A stretch of 49,272 nucleotides of DNA, from the sequence record OR295560.1; one strand, 5' to 3'. The stretch is from Clostridioides phage phiCD508. Made by a program: the position numbers and the translations under genes. The notes beneath the pieces are model-generated. The model had not been told where the DNA came from. It made no database searches and worked only from the letters and a program-made list of their open reading frames with translations. This document shows, one piece after another, positions 25,511 through 35,617 of this stretch. The stretch's first letter is position 1, and the number at the start of each line of letters is the position of its first letter.

Positions 25511-27003
25511 TATCTTATGTAAAAAAGCTATTTAAAAGACCTGCAGGAGAGATTATGCGTATGTCTAGTGGAAACATTGGCGTATATAAATTAGACGATT
25601 CTAGAGTTGATTATGAGTTAGCAAGAGAACTGTATCAAAATAAAAATGCTAATTACAAGTTAGGTTCTAGTTTTGTTAGACCGATTGTCAATTCAACAAC
25701 TGGTTTTATGGGTGTACCTCATTTTCAAATAGAAGATGAAGAAGCTCAATATATATTAGATGAATTTGTTTTAGATAACACATCTAAAATGTTAAAAACA
25801 CATACAGATAGTTTAAAGCAAGGTGATTGTTATATTTGGATAACTAGAGAAGAAAGAGAAAATCCTTTATATCCCGATAAAAAAGTTAGATTAATATATA
25901 ACTTCATATCACCCGAAGAAGTGAAAGAAATAATATTAGACCCTACAACAAAAGAGCCTATAGCTTATATATTAGAAAGTCAAAATGAATGGACTGACTT
26001 AGGAGAAAACAAGAGAAAGGCTAAGGTAAAACAAATAATAACTGCTGAAAGTAGATTTGTTGAGGTTGAAGGTGATAAGATAGAAGGTTTAGAAGAAGGG
26101 GAAACGCCTAATGTATGGGGTTTTATACCAATAATACATTTTAAAAATGAAGCTGATGAAACATTGAAATATGGGCAAAGTGATATAGAACCAATAGAAC
26201 CTCTTTTAAAAGCTTATCATGATGTTATGTTACATGCGTTAAAAGGTAGCAAAATGCACTCTACTCCAAAACTAAAGTTGAAATTAACTGATGTTGCAAG
26301 TTTTTTAGCACACAATTTTGGTGTTGAAGACCCAGTTAAATTTGCCAAAGAAGGTGGAAAGATAAATCTTGATGGGCATGAAATACTATTCTTAAACAAA
26401 GATGAAGAAGCTGAGTTTGTAGAAGTAAAATCAGCCATAGGTGATGCTAAGGAGCTTTTAAAGCTTCTTTTTTATTGCATAGTAGATGTATCTGAAACAC
26501 CCGAGTTTATATTTGGAGTACATACACCTAGTGCTTTAGCTTCTGTAAAAGAACAAATGCCTATTATGGTAAATAAGATAAGAAGAAAAAGAGAACAATT
26601 TACAAATAGCTGGCAATTACTTGCAAGAATGGTTTTAATAATGAGTTCTAATTCTAGTGGTATGAAATATTCATCTTATGATGTGACTATAGGTTGGGAT
26701 GAAGTAAATCCACGAGATGATAAAGAATTAGCTGAAACACTAGAAAAAGTATGTAGTGCATTAGATAAAGCTTTAGAGGGTGGATTTATTAGTGAAGAAT
26801 CAACAGTAAACTTTTTAGCACAGTATATAGATACAATGAGCAATTATATAAGTGATGACCCTGAAATAGTTGGAGAAAGAGAAAAGATAATAAAAACCAA
26901 GATGTTAAAATACAGATTAGATGACTCTCAAGGTTTAAATGATGAGTCAAATGAAATTGAGAAGGAAATAAATAAAATAAAGGATAATAATGGCAATGGA
27001 TAA
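25501..27003 (+). CDS. Portal protein
   Basis: 500 aa, immediately after terL, with acidic segments. Confidence 0.7.
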   Translation: MGIISYVKKLFKRPAGEIMRMSSGNIGVYKLDDSRVDYELARELYQNKNANYKLGSSFVRPIVNSTTGFMGVPHFQIEDEEAQYILDEFVLDNTSKMLKTHTDSLKQGDCYIWITREERENPLYPDKKVRLIYNFISPEEVKEIILDPTTKEPIAYILESQNEWTDLGENKRKAKVKQIITAESRFVEVEGDKIEGLEEGETPNVWGFIPIIHFKNEADETLKYGQSDIEPIEPLLKAYHDVMLHALKGSKMHSTPKLKLKLTDVASFLAHNFGVEDPVKFAKEGGKINLDGHEILFLNKDEEAEFVEVKSAIGDAKELLKLLFYCIVDVSETPEFIFGVHTPSALASVKEQMPIMVNKIRRKREQFTNSWQLLARMVLIMSSNSSGMKYSSYDVTIGWDEVNPRDDKELAETLEKVCSALDKALEGGFISEESTVNFLAQYIDTMSNYISDDPEIVGEREKIIKTKMLKYRLDDSQGLNDESNEIEKEINKIKDNNGNG

Positions 27004-28003
27004 AAGTACTTCGGAATTAATAACTGTTGCAGGGGAGTACAAGAAATGGGCATTAGAAGCTAGAAAAAAATTTATAGATTTAAGGCTCAAGCAAGATGAT
27101 GAAATAAGAACAATGTATATTAACATAACAAGAAATATTACAAAAGAAATAAGAAAAGGAAATCTTTCAGACTTTAACAAAGTTAGGTTAAAACAGATAC
27201 TAAAACAATTAACACAAGAAATAAAAATATTAAATGAACAACTAGTATTTAATTTTGATGAATACTTAAATAAAAATGTTGAAACAGCTACTAGTTACTC
27301 TAAAAATATTTTAATTAATGCAGTTGAGACAGCTCAAATAACTAAAGTAACTAAAACTATGATACAAAAAGCTTTCTATGATATTAATATAAGAACTGTA
27401 GAAGCTTATTATACAAGGGTTAAGGATGGTTTATTTTTATCTGATAGAATTTGGTCTAAGTGTAAGAAGTACAGAGAAGATATGAAAGTTATATTACAAA
27501 CAGCAGTAACAGAAGGTCAAGACTGTGTTAAAACAGCTAAGATGTTAGACAAATATGTTTTAAAAGGTAAGAAAACTTTAGTTGATGAATATCCAAATAT
27601 GATAAAAAGAATAGGAAATAGAGTACCTCAAAATATAAGTTATGAAGCTTTAAGATTGGCAAGAACTGAAATGACATCAGCTTATGGTGATGGGGTTTTA
27701 GCTTCTGCAATGATTAACCCTGCAACCATAGGTATTCAGTTTATGTTGTCCATGGCACATCCTCACACAGATATATGTGACGAAATATGTGGAGAGGATA
27801 ATTTTGGTTTGGGTAAAGGTGTTTATCCTATAAATGAAGCTCCTGTATATCCATTCCACCCTCATTGTTTGTGTATTATGCTTACTGTAGTTCAACCATT
27901 AGATATATTAGTTGGAAGGTTGAAAAATTGGATTAAAAATCCTATGAATGATGTACCTCTTGAAATGTGGTATCAAGAGGTGTATGGAAATTTGAATTTT
28001 TAA
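26990..28003 (+). CDS. Head morphogenesis protein (Mu gpF / SPP1 gp7 family)
   Basis: C-terminal CDEICGEDN...VYPFHPHCLC, the conserved Cys/His motif of the Phage_Mu_F family. Confidence 0.65.
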   Translation: MAMDKSTSELITVAGEYKKWALEARKKFIDLRLKQDDEIRTMYINITRNITKEIRKGNLSDFNKVRLKQILKQLTQEIKILNEQLVFNFDEYLNKNVETATSYSKNILINAVETAQITKVTKTMIQKAFYDINIRTVEAYYTRVKDGLFLSDRIWSKCKKYREDMKVILQTAVTEGQDCVKTAKMLDKYVLKGKKTLVDEYPNMIKRIGNRVPQNISYEALRLARTEMTSAYGDGVLASAMINPATIGIQFMLSMAHPHTDICDEICGEDNFGLGKGVYPINEAPVYPFHPHCLCIMLTVVQPLDILVGRLKNWIKNPMNDVPLEMWYQEVYGNLNF

Positions 28004-28022
28004 ATTGAAAGGTGGTGATTAA

Positions 28023-29357
28023 ATGAATGTAATAACTGGAGAAATGGACTCAATGAATGCGTTAATATCTAGTATAAAACCTTCTGATATTCCTTTAGCT
28101 AAAGATATAGACATAGAAGCTTTAAAATCTATAGATGATGACCCTCTTGAGGTAGTTGTTGAGATACCAGCTACAAAATCTAAAAGGGGATGGAATTATA
28201 CTGCTAAAAGCTTGAAAGATATTGTAGATTACACTAATGAAAATACTCTTAATGGCTTTTTAGGACATCAAAAAGCTGAAAATATATCAACTGAATTTGC
28301 ACTACCTGTAACGCATTGGATAGGTGCAGAAATGAAAGGGGATAAAGCTTATTTCAGAGGGCTGATTGATGCTGATGCAACAAATTTAAAAAGATGGATT
28401 AGAACTAAAAGGATAAAAGAAGTTAGTATATTTGGTTATCCAAAACTTAAAAAGAGTGCTAAAGGCGAAATGAATGTTATAGGATATGAGCCACTATCTA
28501 TTGATTGGACTCCTCTACATAGACCAGGTATGCCAACAAGTATTGTAGGTATGGAAATGAGTCCTAATGGCGAACAGTTAGATGGAACTTTTGAAGCTTT
28601 AAGAATAGATTTAAGAGAAGCTTTAAAAGCTAAGTTTTCTATTAATGATAATAATTCATATCTCTATATACAAAACATAAGATATGATAACAATACTGTC
28701 ATATATGAGTTGGAGCAAAATGGATTATGCAAGCTTTATAGTATACCATTTACTATAGTTGAAAATAAAATAAATCTAGGTGAAGAAATTGAAGTAATAA
28801 AGAAAATAAGCTATGAAGCTAAAGGAGAAATGAAAGGAGAGGAAAACAAATTGGAAGGAAAAGAGTTAATAAAAAATGTCAAAGGATTACTGCAAACTGG
28901 TGAAATATCATATTCAGAGGTCATACAAGGAATAGGCTTAACTAAGGAAATTGTGACAGGAGAGATGGAAGATGTAAAAAGTTCATTAAAAGCAGAAAAA
29001 GAATTAAGAGAAGTGAAAAAAGTACTTGGAATAGTAGGAGAGATGGACACAGTTGAAGTGGCAAAAAAGGCTTCAAAAGCTTTAGAAAATGAGAAAAAGG
29101 AAGCTTGGAACTGTATAGTTAATAAAGTAATTAAAGATAAAGTGTCAGGTGAAATAGCTCAAACATTAGTTAAGAAAATGTTAAATGTTGAGGAAGGCTC
29201 AAGTGAAGAAGTAATAACAGGAGAAATAGAAAATATATTAAATGATGAGTTTGTAAAAAATACAATGTCTAATATGTATAAAGATAATCCAACAACAACA
29301 GGATTATTAAACTCTAGCAATAATGGAAGTTTAACAACTAAGAAAAATAGAATATAA
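28023..29357 (+). CDS. Scaffolding protein, possibly with an N-terminal prohead-protease-like domain
   Basis: 444 aa with an acidic coiled C-terminal half. The N-terminus has GFLGHQ and KEVSIFGY, reminiscent of HK97-family (S78) protease His/Ser motifs. An (I/V)TGEM(D/E) motif repeats through the protein. Confidence 0.4.
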   Translation: MNVITGEMDSMNALISSIKPSDIPLAKDIDIEALKSIDDDPLEVVVEIPATKSKRGWNYTAKSLKDIVDYTNENTLNGFLGHQKAENISTEFALPVTHWIGAEMKGDKAYFRGLIDADATNLKRWIRTKRIKEVSIFGYPKLKKSAKGEMNVIGYEPLSIDWTPLHRPGMPTSIVGMEMSPNGEQLDGTFEALRIDLREALKAKFSINDNNSYLYIQNIRYDNNTVIYELEQNGLCKLYSIPFTIVENKINLGEEIEVIKKISYEAKGEMKGEENKLEGKELIKNVKGLLQTGEISYSEVIQGIGLTKEIVTGEMEDVKSSLKAEKELREVKKVLGIVGEMDTVEVAKKASKALENEKKEAWNCIVNKVIKDKVSGEIAQTLVKKMLNVEEGSSEEVITGEIENILNDEFVKNTMSNMYKDNPTTTGLLNSSNNGSLTTKKNRI

Positions 29358-29372
29358 AGGAGTGATGTTTAT

Positions 29373-29756
29373 ATGGCATTTAAAGGTCAACCAACGCCAA
29401 GCACAATAACACAGATAACAAGAGCAAAAATAAGTGATGGGAAATCTGTAAGAGTTATTCTTTCAGAAGGTGAAAGCACTAAAACACAACAATTTTATCT
29501 TATAAATGGATTCTTTGGAGTCGCTATGCAAGACGGAGAAAAAGGCGATGAAGTTACTTTGCAAATAGAGCAAGCTGAATACGAAACGGATAATATTGTT
29601 ACATCAGAAGCTTTTGAGGCAGGGAAATTGATTTATTGGGATAATACAGCTAAGAAATTTACTACTACATCTGCAAGTAATAGGCTAGTTGGTAGAGTAA
29701 CAGATGGGAAAGACAGTAATAATGTAATTTGGTTTATATTATTACCTCAACAATAG
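29373..29756 (+). CDS. Head decoration/DUF2190-like protein
   Basis: 127 aa, between the scaffold and the major capsid protein. Confidence 0.4.
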   Translation: MAFKGQPTPSTITQITRAKISDGKSVRVILSEGESTKTQQFYLINGFFGVAMQDGEKGDEVTLQIEQAEYETDNIVTSEAFEAGKLIYWDNTAKKFTTTSASNRLVGRVTDGKDSNNVIWFILLPQQ

Positions 29757-29774
29757 AAAAGGAGTGATAAATAT

Positions 29775-30812
29775 ATGGCATTTAAAGTAATTAGTCAGGA
29801 AAATTTGCTGGAACAAAAAAGAAAAGAAACTTTACAAGAAGATATACCATTTATAGTAAATGGTGAAATGGAATATGTAACAAAGAAAATATCAAATGGA
29901 GAAATGGAAACCTTGGAGTTAAATAAGCCACTTGGTGAAATGATGACTTTTAGCTCGACTTCAAATTTAAAAGAGTTATTAAGAAAAGTTGTATTAGATG
30001 TTGAACTAGGCAGAGAGCAAGTACAACTATTATATAAACCAATCTATGACAGTATAGCAGATTCTAATTTACCACAAGTTATGGATGCTAAGTGGGCTTT
30101 ACAAGGTAACTGTGTATTCCTAGAGCATATAGAAGGTGAAGAAATTAAATTCGGTACAATAAATGCAGAAAATGGTCCAGTTGCAAGGATACAAACTTAT
30201 GCAACTGGTTTTGAGTATACAAAAGAAATGAAGGATTTTAACCAAACATTTAGTGTTGAAATATTAAATAAATCAATTGGTGAGAGTTACAATGCCTTGT
30301 TAAACCACATACATCTAAGCCCAATAATAAATTTTAATTATAAAGCTTCTAATAAGACAGCTTTTAAAGGTGAAACTAATGACCCAATATGGCTAGGAAT
30401 TTGGAGAACATTAACACAAGCACAAAAAGATACAGTTATAGCAAAAAGACAAGGTAATATATTAATGGCTTCTAGTGCTGACCAAATTGAAATAGAAATG
30501 GCGTTAAATGGAGGACATTTATTAAACGGAAGCATGTATCCATCTATAAAAAATATATCAACAGTAATTTATTATGATGGGTGGGAGGTTACTGTTGGTA
30601 AAAAAACATATTCTTACAAAGGTGTTACACCAGGCAAAGGATATTTGATAAGACCTAAGCGAGGATTTAAAGAGTTAATAAAGAGAGATTTAACAACAGA
30701 GGTTGGAAATGCTGATTTAAGTAAGTTAGTAGAAAATCAAATTGTAGGTCATTGTTATAGAGGTGCTTTTGCAGCAGTAGAAGAAAATGTACAAGAAATA
30801 AGTTTTAGATAA
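29775..30812 (+). CDS. Major capsid protein
   Basis: 345 aa, in the expected position and of the expected size. Confidence 0.6.
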   Translation: MAFKVISQENLLEQKRKETLQEDIPFIVNGEMEYVTKKISNGEMETLELNKPLGEMMTFSSTSNLKELLRKVVLDVELGREQVQLLYKPIYDSIADSNLPQVMDAKWALQGNCVFLEHIEGEEIKFGTINAENGPVARIQTYATGFEYTKEMKDFNQTFSVEILNKSIGESYNALLNHIHLSPIINFNYKASNKTAFKGETNDPIWLGIWRTLTQAQKDTVIAKRQGNILMASSADQIEIEMALNGGHLLNGSMYPSIKNISTVIYYDGWEVTVGKKTYSYKGVTPGKGYLIRPKRGFKELIKRDLTTEVGNADLSKLVENQIVGHCYRGAFAAVEENVQEISFR

Positions 30813-30851
30813 AACACTCATAAGAGTGTTATTTTTATGAGGTGATAATAT

Positions 30852-31190
30852 ATGACACCAGCTAGAGATTTAATAGAAAAATTAAGACTATTATTAAATG
30901 ATAAAGATAAAAAATCATTTACAGATGAAGAATTAAACTTGTTTTTAGAGGAAGCAGACTGTATTTACTGTGCAGCTTCTCAAGGATGGATATTAAAATC
31001 TTTACAATATGAAAATACAGTAGGGGAAATGTATGAGTATAAAGTGGGTCAAGAAACATATAAAAGCTCTAGTATAAAAGACCTAGTATCTGTAGCTTAT
31101 CAAAATGCAGATAAATTTAAGGATATGTGTACTAACAAAAAAGAAAAGGGAAGTTTTATGTTAGGAATTAGCACAGAATTTGAAATATGA
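30852..31190 (+). CDS. Head-tail connector/DNA-packaging protein (gp6-like)
   Basis: 112 aa, position. Confidence 0.35.
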   Translation: MTPARDLIEKLRLLLNDKDKKSFTDEELNLFLEEADCIYCAASQGWILKSLQYENTVGEMYEYKVGQETYKSSSIKDLVSVAYQNADKFKDMCTNKKEKGSFMLGISTEFEI

Positions 31191-31564
31191 TAAATATTGA
31201 TAGAAGAAGAAAAGATATAATAAGAACTATTAATATAAACCCCACTAATATTACTATAACTAGTATTAAAAAAACCGAAATAGATGGAGCTTTTGAAGAA
31301 ACTGAAACAGAAATAAAATGTGTTGTTAGAATATTTAACGAAAAGACAGCAGAGAAGCAAATATCAAGTGAAAAGCAAGGTACATTTAGTTCTATTAGAA
31401 CATATGGAATGTTAGTAAGTAATGATGTTATCTTAGAGGTTAACAGTAGAGATTCTTTAGAGTTTGAGTGCATATATGGGAGAATGAAAATAGTTAATAT
31501 ATATCCTCAAATTGTAAAAGGAGAACTTTGTGGATATCAATGTTCACTTGAAAGGATTGATTAA
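31187..31564 (+). CDS. Head-tail joining/head closure protein
   Basis: 125 aa, position. Confidence 0.3.
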   Translation: MINIDRRRKDIIRTININPTNITITSIKKTEIDGAFEETETEIKCVVRIFNEKTAEKQISSEKQGTFSSIRTYGMLVSNDVILEVNSRDSLEFECIYGRMKIVNIYPQIVKGELCGYQCSLERID

Positions 31565-31565
31565 A

Positions 31566-31976
31566 ATGAGTGCTTTCACAAATGCAATAAATGATATAAA
31601 TAGAAAAAAAGCAGGTATGCTTGTACTTTGTATGAGTGCAAGTGCAATGCTAGAAGGTGAAGCTAAAGCAAATGCACGTTGGACAGATAGAACATCACAT
31701 GCAAGACAAAGTTTAAATGCTAAAACACTTAGTGGAGGAAATAATTTTATCATTAGATTATCTCATGGTGCAGAATATGGAGGGATACTTGAAGAAGGCT
31801 CAAAACCACATGTTATTACTCCAAAATCAGCTCAAGCCCTATACTGGAGAGGTGCTTCACATCCTGTAAAATCAGTTCAACATCCTGGTACAAAAGCAAC
31901 GCCTATTATAAAACCAACTATTGATAAAAATATAGGTAAAATAGGTAATATGATTTTTAGGTATTGGAGTGATTAA
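31566..31976 (+). CDS. HK97 gp10-like tail-completion protein (start ATG 31566; ORF track begins at 31530)
   Basis: MSAFTNAINDIN..., position. Confidence 0.35.
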   Translation: MSAFTNAINDINRKKAGMLVLCMSASAMLEGEAKANARWTDRTSHARQSLNAKTLSGGNNFIIRLSHGAEYGGILEEGSKPHVITPKSAQALYWRGASHPVKSVQHPGTKATPIIKPTIDKNIGKIGNMIFRYWSD

Positions 31977-32798
31977 ATGAGGGCAGGAATAAGAAAAGCC
32001 TTAATAGATAATATAAAAGAATTGAAAGGTTGTTATGAACCTAATGTACCAAACAAAGATACTAAAAAACCTTATATGGTAGTTGTACAAGGGCAAGACA
32101 ATGACCATGGAGAAACAATAGGTTTTGAAAGAAGTATAGAAGTATGGATTTATGAAGGTAGAACAACATTCAAGAAATTAGATAAATTAACTAAACAAGT
32201 TGTTGAAGTCTTAGATATGAATACTATAGTTGATGAATCTGAAAACGAAGCTTTTACTTGCATTTATAAAGGTACAAGTGAAAATGATATTGTTGTTGAG
32301 GAATGGGATGCTATAGCAAGAGGTATAAGGTTTAGTGTAATAGCTTTAGAAGATAAAGAAGATACAACTAATGATAGGTGGGTAGAAGCTCTATCTAGGC
32401 ACACAAAGGATTTATTAGAAATAGAGAGTTATAAAGATAATTGGAAGAAAAACTTTATAGCTCCATGTGCATTATGGCGAACTACACATATTGAAAATAA
32501 AAGAATTAACTATCATTTAATTGAGATTACTAAAACTATGAAATGTCATGTTGTAAGTAAAAATAAAGATGAAATAGTTAAGCTTCTTGAAACATTAGAA
32601 ACAAGCTTAATAATAGATAAAAGAGTAAGACTTAGAGAAGATAAGAATATGTATTTAACTCTTGTTAGCGTAGTTGAGGATAGGGAATCAGATATGTTTA
32701 CAACTGGACAATTAACAGCTGTGTTTAAAATGATAGGAAAGATAAAAAGAGAAGGTCCTACTATGGATAAAATTTATGGTAATGGAAATTTAAAATAG
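31977..32798 (+). CDS. Neck/tail-terminator-region protein (XkdH/I/J region)
   Basis: 273 aa, position before the sheath gene. Confidence 0.3.
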   Translation: MRAGIRKALIDNIKELKGCYEPNVPNKDTKKPYMVVVQGQDNDHGETIGFERSIEVWIYEGRTTFKKLDKLTKQVVEVLDMNTIVDESENEAFTCIYKGTSENDIVVEEWDAIARGIRFSVIALEDKEDTTNDRWVEALSRHTKDLLEIESYKDNWKKNFIAPCALWRTTHIENKRINYHLIEITKTMKCHVVSKNKDEIVKLLETLETSLIIDKRVRLREDKNMYLTLVSVVEDRESDMFTTGQLTAVFKMIGKIKREGPTMDKIYGNGNLK

Positions 32799-32801
32799 GA
32801 G

Positions 32802-33014
32802 GTGCAAGAATTGGCTGAAACAAATAATAAAAAGATTAATGTAAGTAAGCAAGAAGAAAAATATTTGAAAAGTGATTTTATAAAAAATAGCGAAGCACTT
32901 GGCTACGGAAAAATGGTAGTTGCAGGTGCTTTATTTAATTGTAAGAAAGAAGAACTTACAAAAGCAGAATTTGAGAAATTAATAAAAGATTTCTTAGAAA
33001 GAGAGGTGAAATAA
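32802..33014 (+). CDS. Small hypothetical protein
   Basis: 70 aa. Confidence 0.3.
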   Translation: MQELAETNNKKINVSKQEEKYLKSDFIKNSEALGYGKMVVAGALFNCKKEELTKAEFEKLIKDFLEREVK

Positions 33015-33015
33015 A

Positions 33016-34437
33016 ATGGCAACTGGTACATGGAATGAAAAAGAAAGAAAAGAGATACCTGGTTTTTATAACAGGTTCAAGACTCAAGCAGAAAAATCTA
33101 CAAACACAGGATTAAAGGGTAGATTAGCAATGCCTATTAGGGCTAATTGGGGAGACGTTGGCAAGGTTGTAACAATAAAAAATGATTTAAGACAGCTTAA
33201 AAATCTATTTGGGGATGATATGAATTATTCAGCTTTCAAGCTAGGCAAATTGGCTCTGTTAGGGAATGTAAAAGAGTTATTACTATATAGACTTGTAGAT
33301 GGAAATCAAAAGAAGGGTACATTAACACTAAAAGATACTACAGAAAATAGTGCAAAAGATGTAATTAAGTTAGAAACTAAGTATCCAACAGCTAGAAACT
33401 TTAATGTAACAATAAAATCCAATTTAGTAGATTCAGATAAAAAGGACTTTATATTCTTTGAAAATACTAAACAGTTATTTAGTTCAAGTATTAAAGGCAC
33501 TATAGATGAAATAGTACTAGAAATAAACTCAAATTTAGATAATGAGTATGTAATTGCAACTAAAGTAGCTGATAGCGATACAATTCTAGCAAATGTAGTA
33601 AATCAAGCTTTAGAGGGTGGGAATGATGGTTGCACATCTATTACTAATGAGTCTTATCTAAAAGCACTAGAAGAATTTGAAAGATATAGTTTTGACTCTT
33701 TTGTACTTGATGGTGTGGCTGATGAAGCATTGCAGGAAACTACAAAAGCTTGGGTAGCTAAAAATAAAGAATTAGGAAAAGATATACTACTTTTTCTAGG
33801 TGGAAAAACAGAGGATAATATAAAACAGATAAATGATAAATCAAAAAGTTTCAATGATGAAAATATAGTTAACGTTGGAAGCTCAGCTTATTATGAAAAT
33901 ATAAAATATACACCTAGTGAAGTAGCTGTTTACATTGCTGCTCTTTCTGTAAGTAAAGGTATAACGGGTAGTATATGTAATGCAAAAACTATATTTGAAG
34001 AAGTAGAACCACGATTAAGTCAATCAGAAGTTAAAGAGTGTTTGAAAAGTGGTACATTGGTCTTAGATTTTGATGATGGAGATGTGATTATAGTTGATGA
34101 TGTGAACACATTTAAAAAATATGTAGATGATAAAAACGAAGCAATGGGATATATCTCTAATATCATGTTTATTAATACTATAAATAAAGATACTTCATTA
34201 AAAAGAAAAGAGTTTGTAGGTAAGATATTTAATGATGCAACAGGTCAAACAACTGTTATATGTGCATTGAAGAAATATTTTGAAGAATTGATGAGTCAAG
34301 GTATTATATCAGAATTTAATGTTGATATAGATACAGAGCTTCAAGCAACTGCCAAAGCAGATGAATTTTACTGGAAGTGGGATGCTGTTAAGGTTGATGT
34401 CATGAAAAAAATATATGGTACTGGATACTTAGGATAA
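33016..34437 (+). CDS. Contractile tail sheath protein (XkdK-like)
   Basis: 473 aa; followed by tube, chaperone and tape-measure genes as in PBSX-like tails. Confidence 0.7.
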   Translation: MATGTWNEKERKEIPGFYNRFKTQAEKSTNTGLKGRLAMPIRANWGDVGKVVTIKNDLRQLKNLFGDDMNYSAFKLGKLALLGNVKELLLYRLVDGNQKKGTLTLKDTTENSAKDVIKLETKYPTARNFNVTIKSNLVDSDKKDFIFFENTKQLFSSSIKGTIDEIVLEINSNLDNEYVIATKVADSDTILANVVNQALEGGNDGCTSITNESYLKALEEFERYSFDSFVLDGVADEALQETTKAWVAKNKELGKDILLFLGGKTEDNIKQINDKSKSFNDENIVNVGSSAYYENIKYTPSEVAVYIAALSVSKGITGSICNAKTIFEEVEPRLSQSEVKECLKSGTLVLDFDDGDVIIVDDVNTFKKYVDDKNEAMGYISNIMFINTINKDTSLKRKEFVGKIFNDATGQTTVICALKKYFEELMSQGIISEFNVDIDTELQATAKADEFYWKWDAVKVDVMKKIYGTGYLG

Positions 34438-34452
34438 AGGAGGTTATAGATT

Positions 34453-34866
34453 ATGTATAATGATGATTATATAGAAGAAGCCAGTTTTCTGAATGGTTCT
34501 GATGTAGTTATACTTATTGATGGTGTAGAAGAGCTATACATGGAAGAAATAAAAGCTGATTTTGAGCAAGATGAGCAAAGTATTAAACTGTTAGGGTGTC
34601 AAAATGAAATATCAAGGGTTGGTACTACTAAAGGTTCATTCTCCTTGAATGGATATAAGACAGATTCAAAATTTGCAAAATTAGGATTTAGGTCTTTTGA
34701 AATAATATATAATTTATCTAATTCTGAAACATTAGGATATGAAAGTATTAGATTAAAGAATTGTAGATTAAAAAAATTGCCTCTTATAAATTCTAAAGCT
34801 GGTGAAATTGTAAAAATAGAAGTAGAGGGAAGTTTTAGAGGATATGATTTGTTAAATGAACTTTAA
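34453..34866 (+). CDS. Tail tube protein (XkdM-like)
   Basis: 137 aa, position. Confidence 0.6.
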   Translation: MYNDDYIEEASFLNGSDVVILIDGVEELYMEEIKADFEQDEQSIKLLGCQNEISRVGTTKGSFSLNGYKTDSKFAKLGFRSFEIIYNLSNSETLGYESIRLKNCRLKKLPLINSKAGEIVKIEVEGSFRGYDLLNEL

Positions 34867-34949
34867 AACAAAATAATGTTGTACTTTAAAGCTATGAACA
34901 ATTAATTTTGTTTGTAGCTTTTTAAAATTAAAAATATTGGAGGAATAGT

Positions 34950-35441
34950 ATGTCAGAGATATATAAAAGAGAGTTAGAAAATGAAGTAGTAGAAGATAAT
35001 GATTTAGATGAAGAAATAGAAGAAACAAATGAAGATAGATTGAAGATGAAAGAGGATGAAATAATAGCAAAGCTATTGGAGGATTCACCAGTTCCTCAGA
35101 GAACTGTGTTTTTAGATAGATTAGGAATACCAATTACTTTGAAAGCATTAACAGAAAAAGAGATTAGTAAAATAAGAAAAGAATGCACTAAAATTGTAAA
35201 GGTCCAAGGGCGAAGAGAAGAAAAATTAAATGATGATGAGTTTACTCTAGCATTAATAGAAAAAGGAACTGTAAAACCTAATTTTTCTAATCAAAAATTA
35301 CTTAATGCTATGAAAGTAACAAATGCTAGAGAATTTATAAAGAGAAAATTCTTAGCTGGAGAATTAAGTAAAATAAGTGACCAAATATTAGAATTATCCG
35401 GTTTTTATGATGAAATAAGTGATGATGATATAAAAAACTAA
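34950..35441 (+). CDS. Tail assembly chaperone (XkdN-like), G-type product
   Basis: 163 aa, acidic; it ends in the slippery sequence A_AAA_AAC. Confidence 0.55.
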   Translation: MSEIYKRELENEVVEDNDLDEEIEETNEDRLKMKEDEIIAKLLEDSPVPQRTVFLDRLGIPITLKALTEKEISKIRKECTKIVKVQGRREEKLNDDEFTLALIEKGTVKPNFSNQKLLNAMKVTNAREFIKRKFLAGELSKISDQILELSGFYDEISDDDIKN

Positions 35442-35599
35442 TAAAAATGGGGGGACGACTGACTGTTTTAAATAACATCTTTGTCAAGCATCATGTTCCC
35501 CCAGATGTTTATGTTAAGAAAAATTTAATGTCTCAACGCTTAATGAAAGTATTTACTCAAAATGAAATAGAGCAAGAGAATAAAGCTATGAAAAAATAA
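35432..35599 (+). other. Putative -1 programmed frameshift site and GT-type extension of the chaperone
   Basis: Heptamer aaaaaac (35432-35438) lies at the last codons before TAA. The -1 frame opens at 35429 and runs without stops to TAA 35597-35599, about 16 nt before the tape-measure start. A GGGGGGAC/GTTCCCCC stem begins 9 nt downstream. Confidence 0.55.
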
Positions 35600-35617
35600 A
35601 TATCTACAGAAAGGTAG

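Noticed and set aside
31100-31753. Minus-strand ORFs across the head-tail connector genes (31100..31360, 31168..31473, 31544..31753)
   Set aside because: They are antisense to a tightly packed, translationally coupled late operon and are hydrophobic low-complexity sequence.
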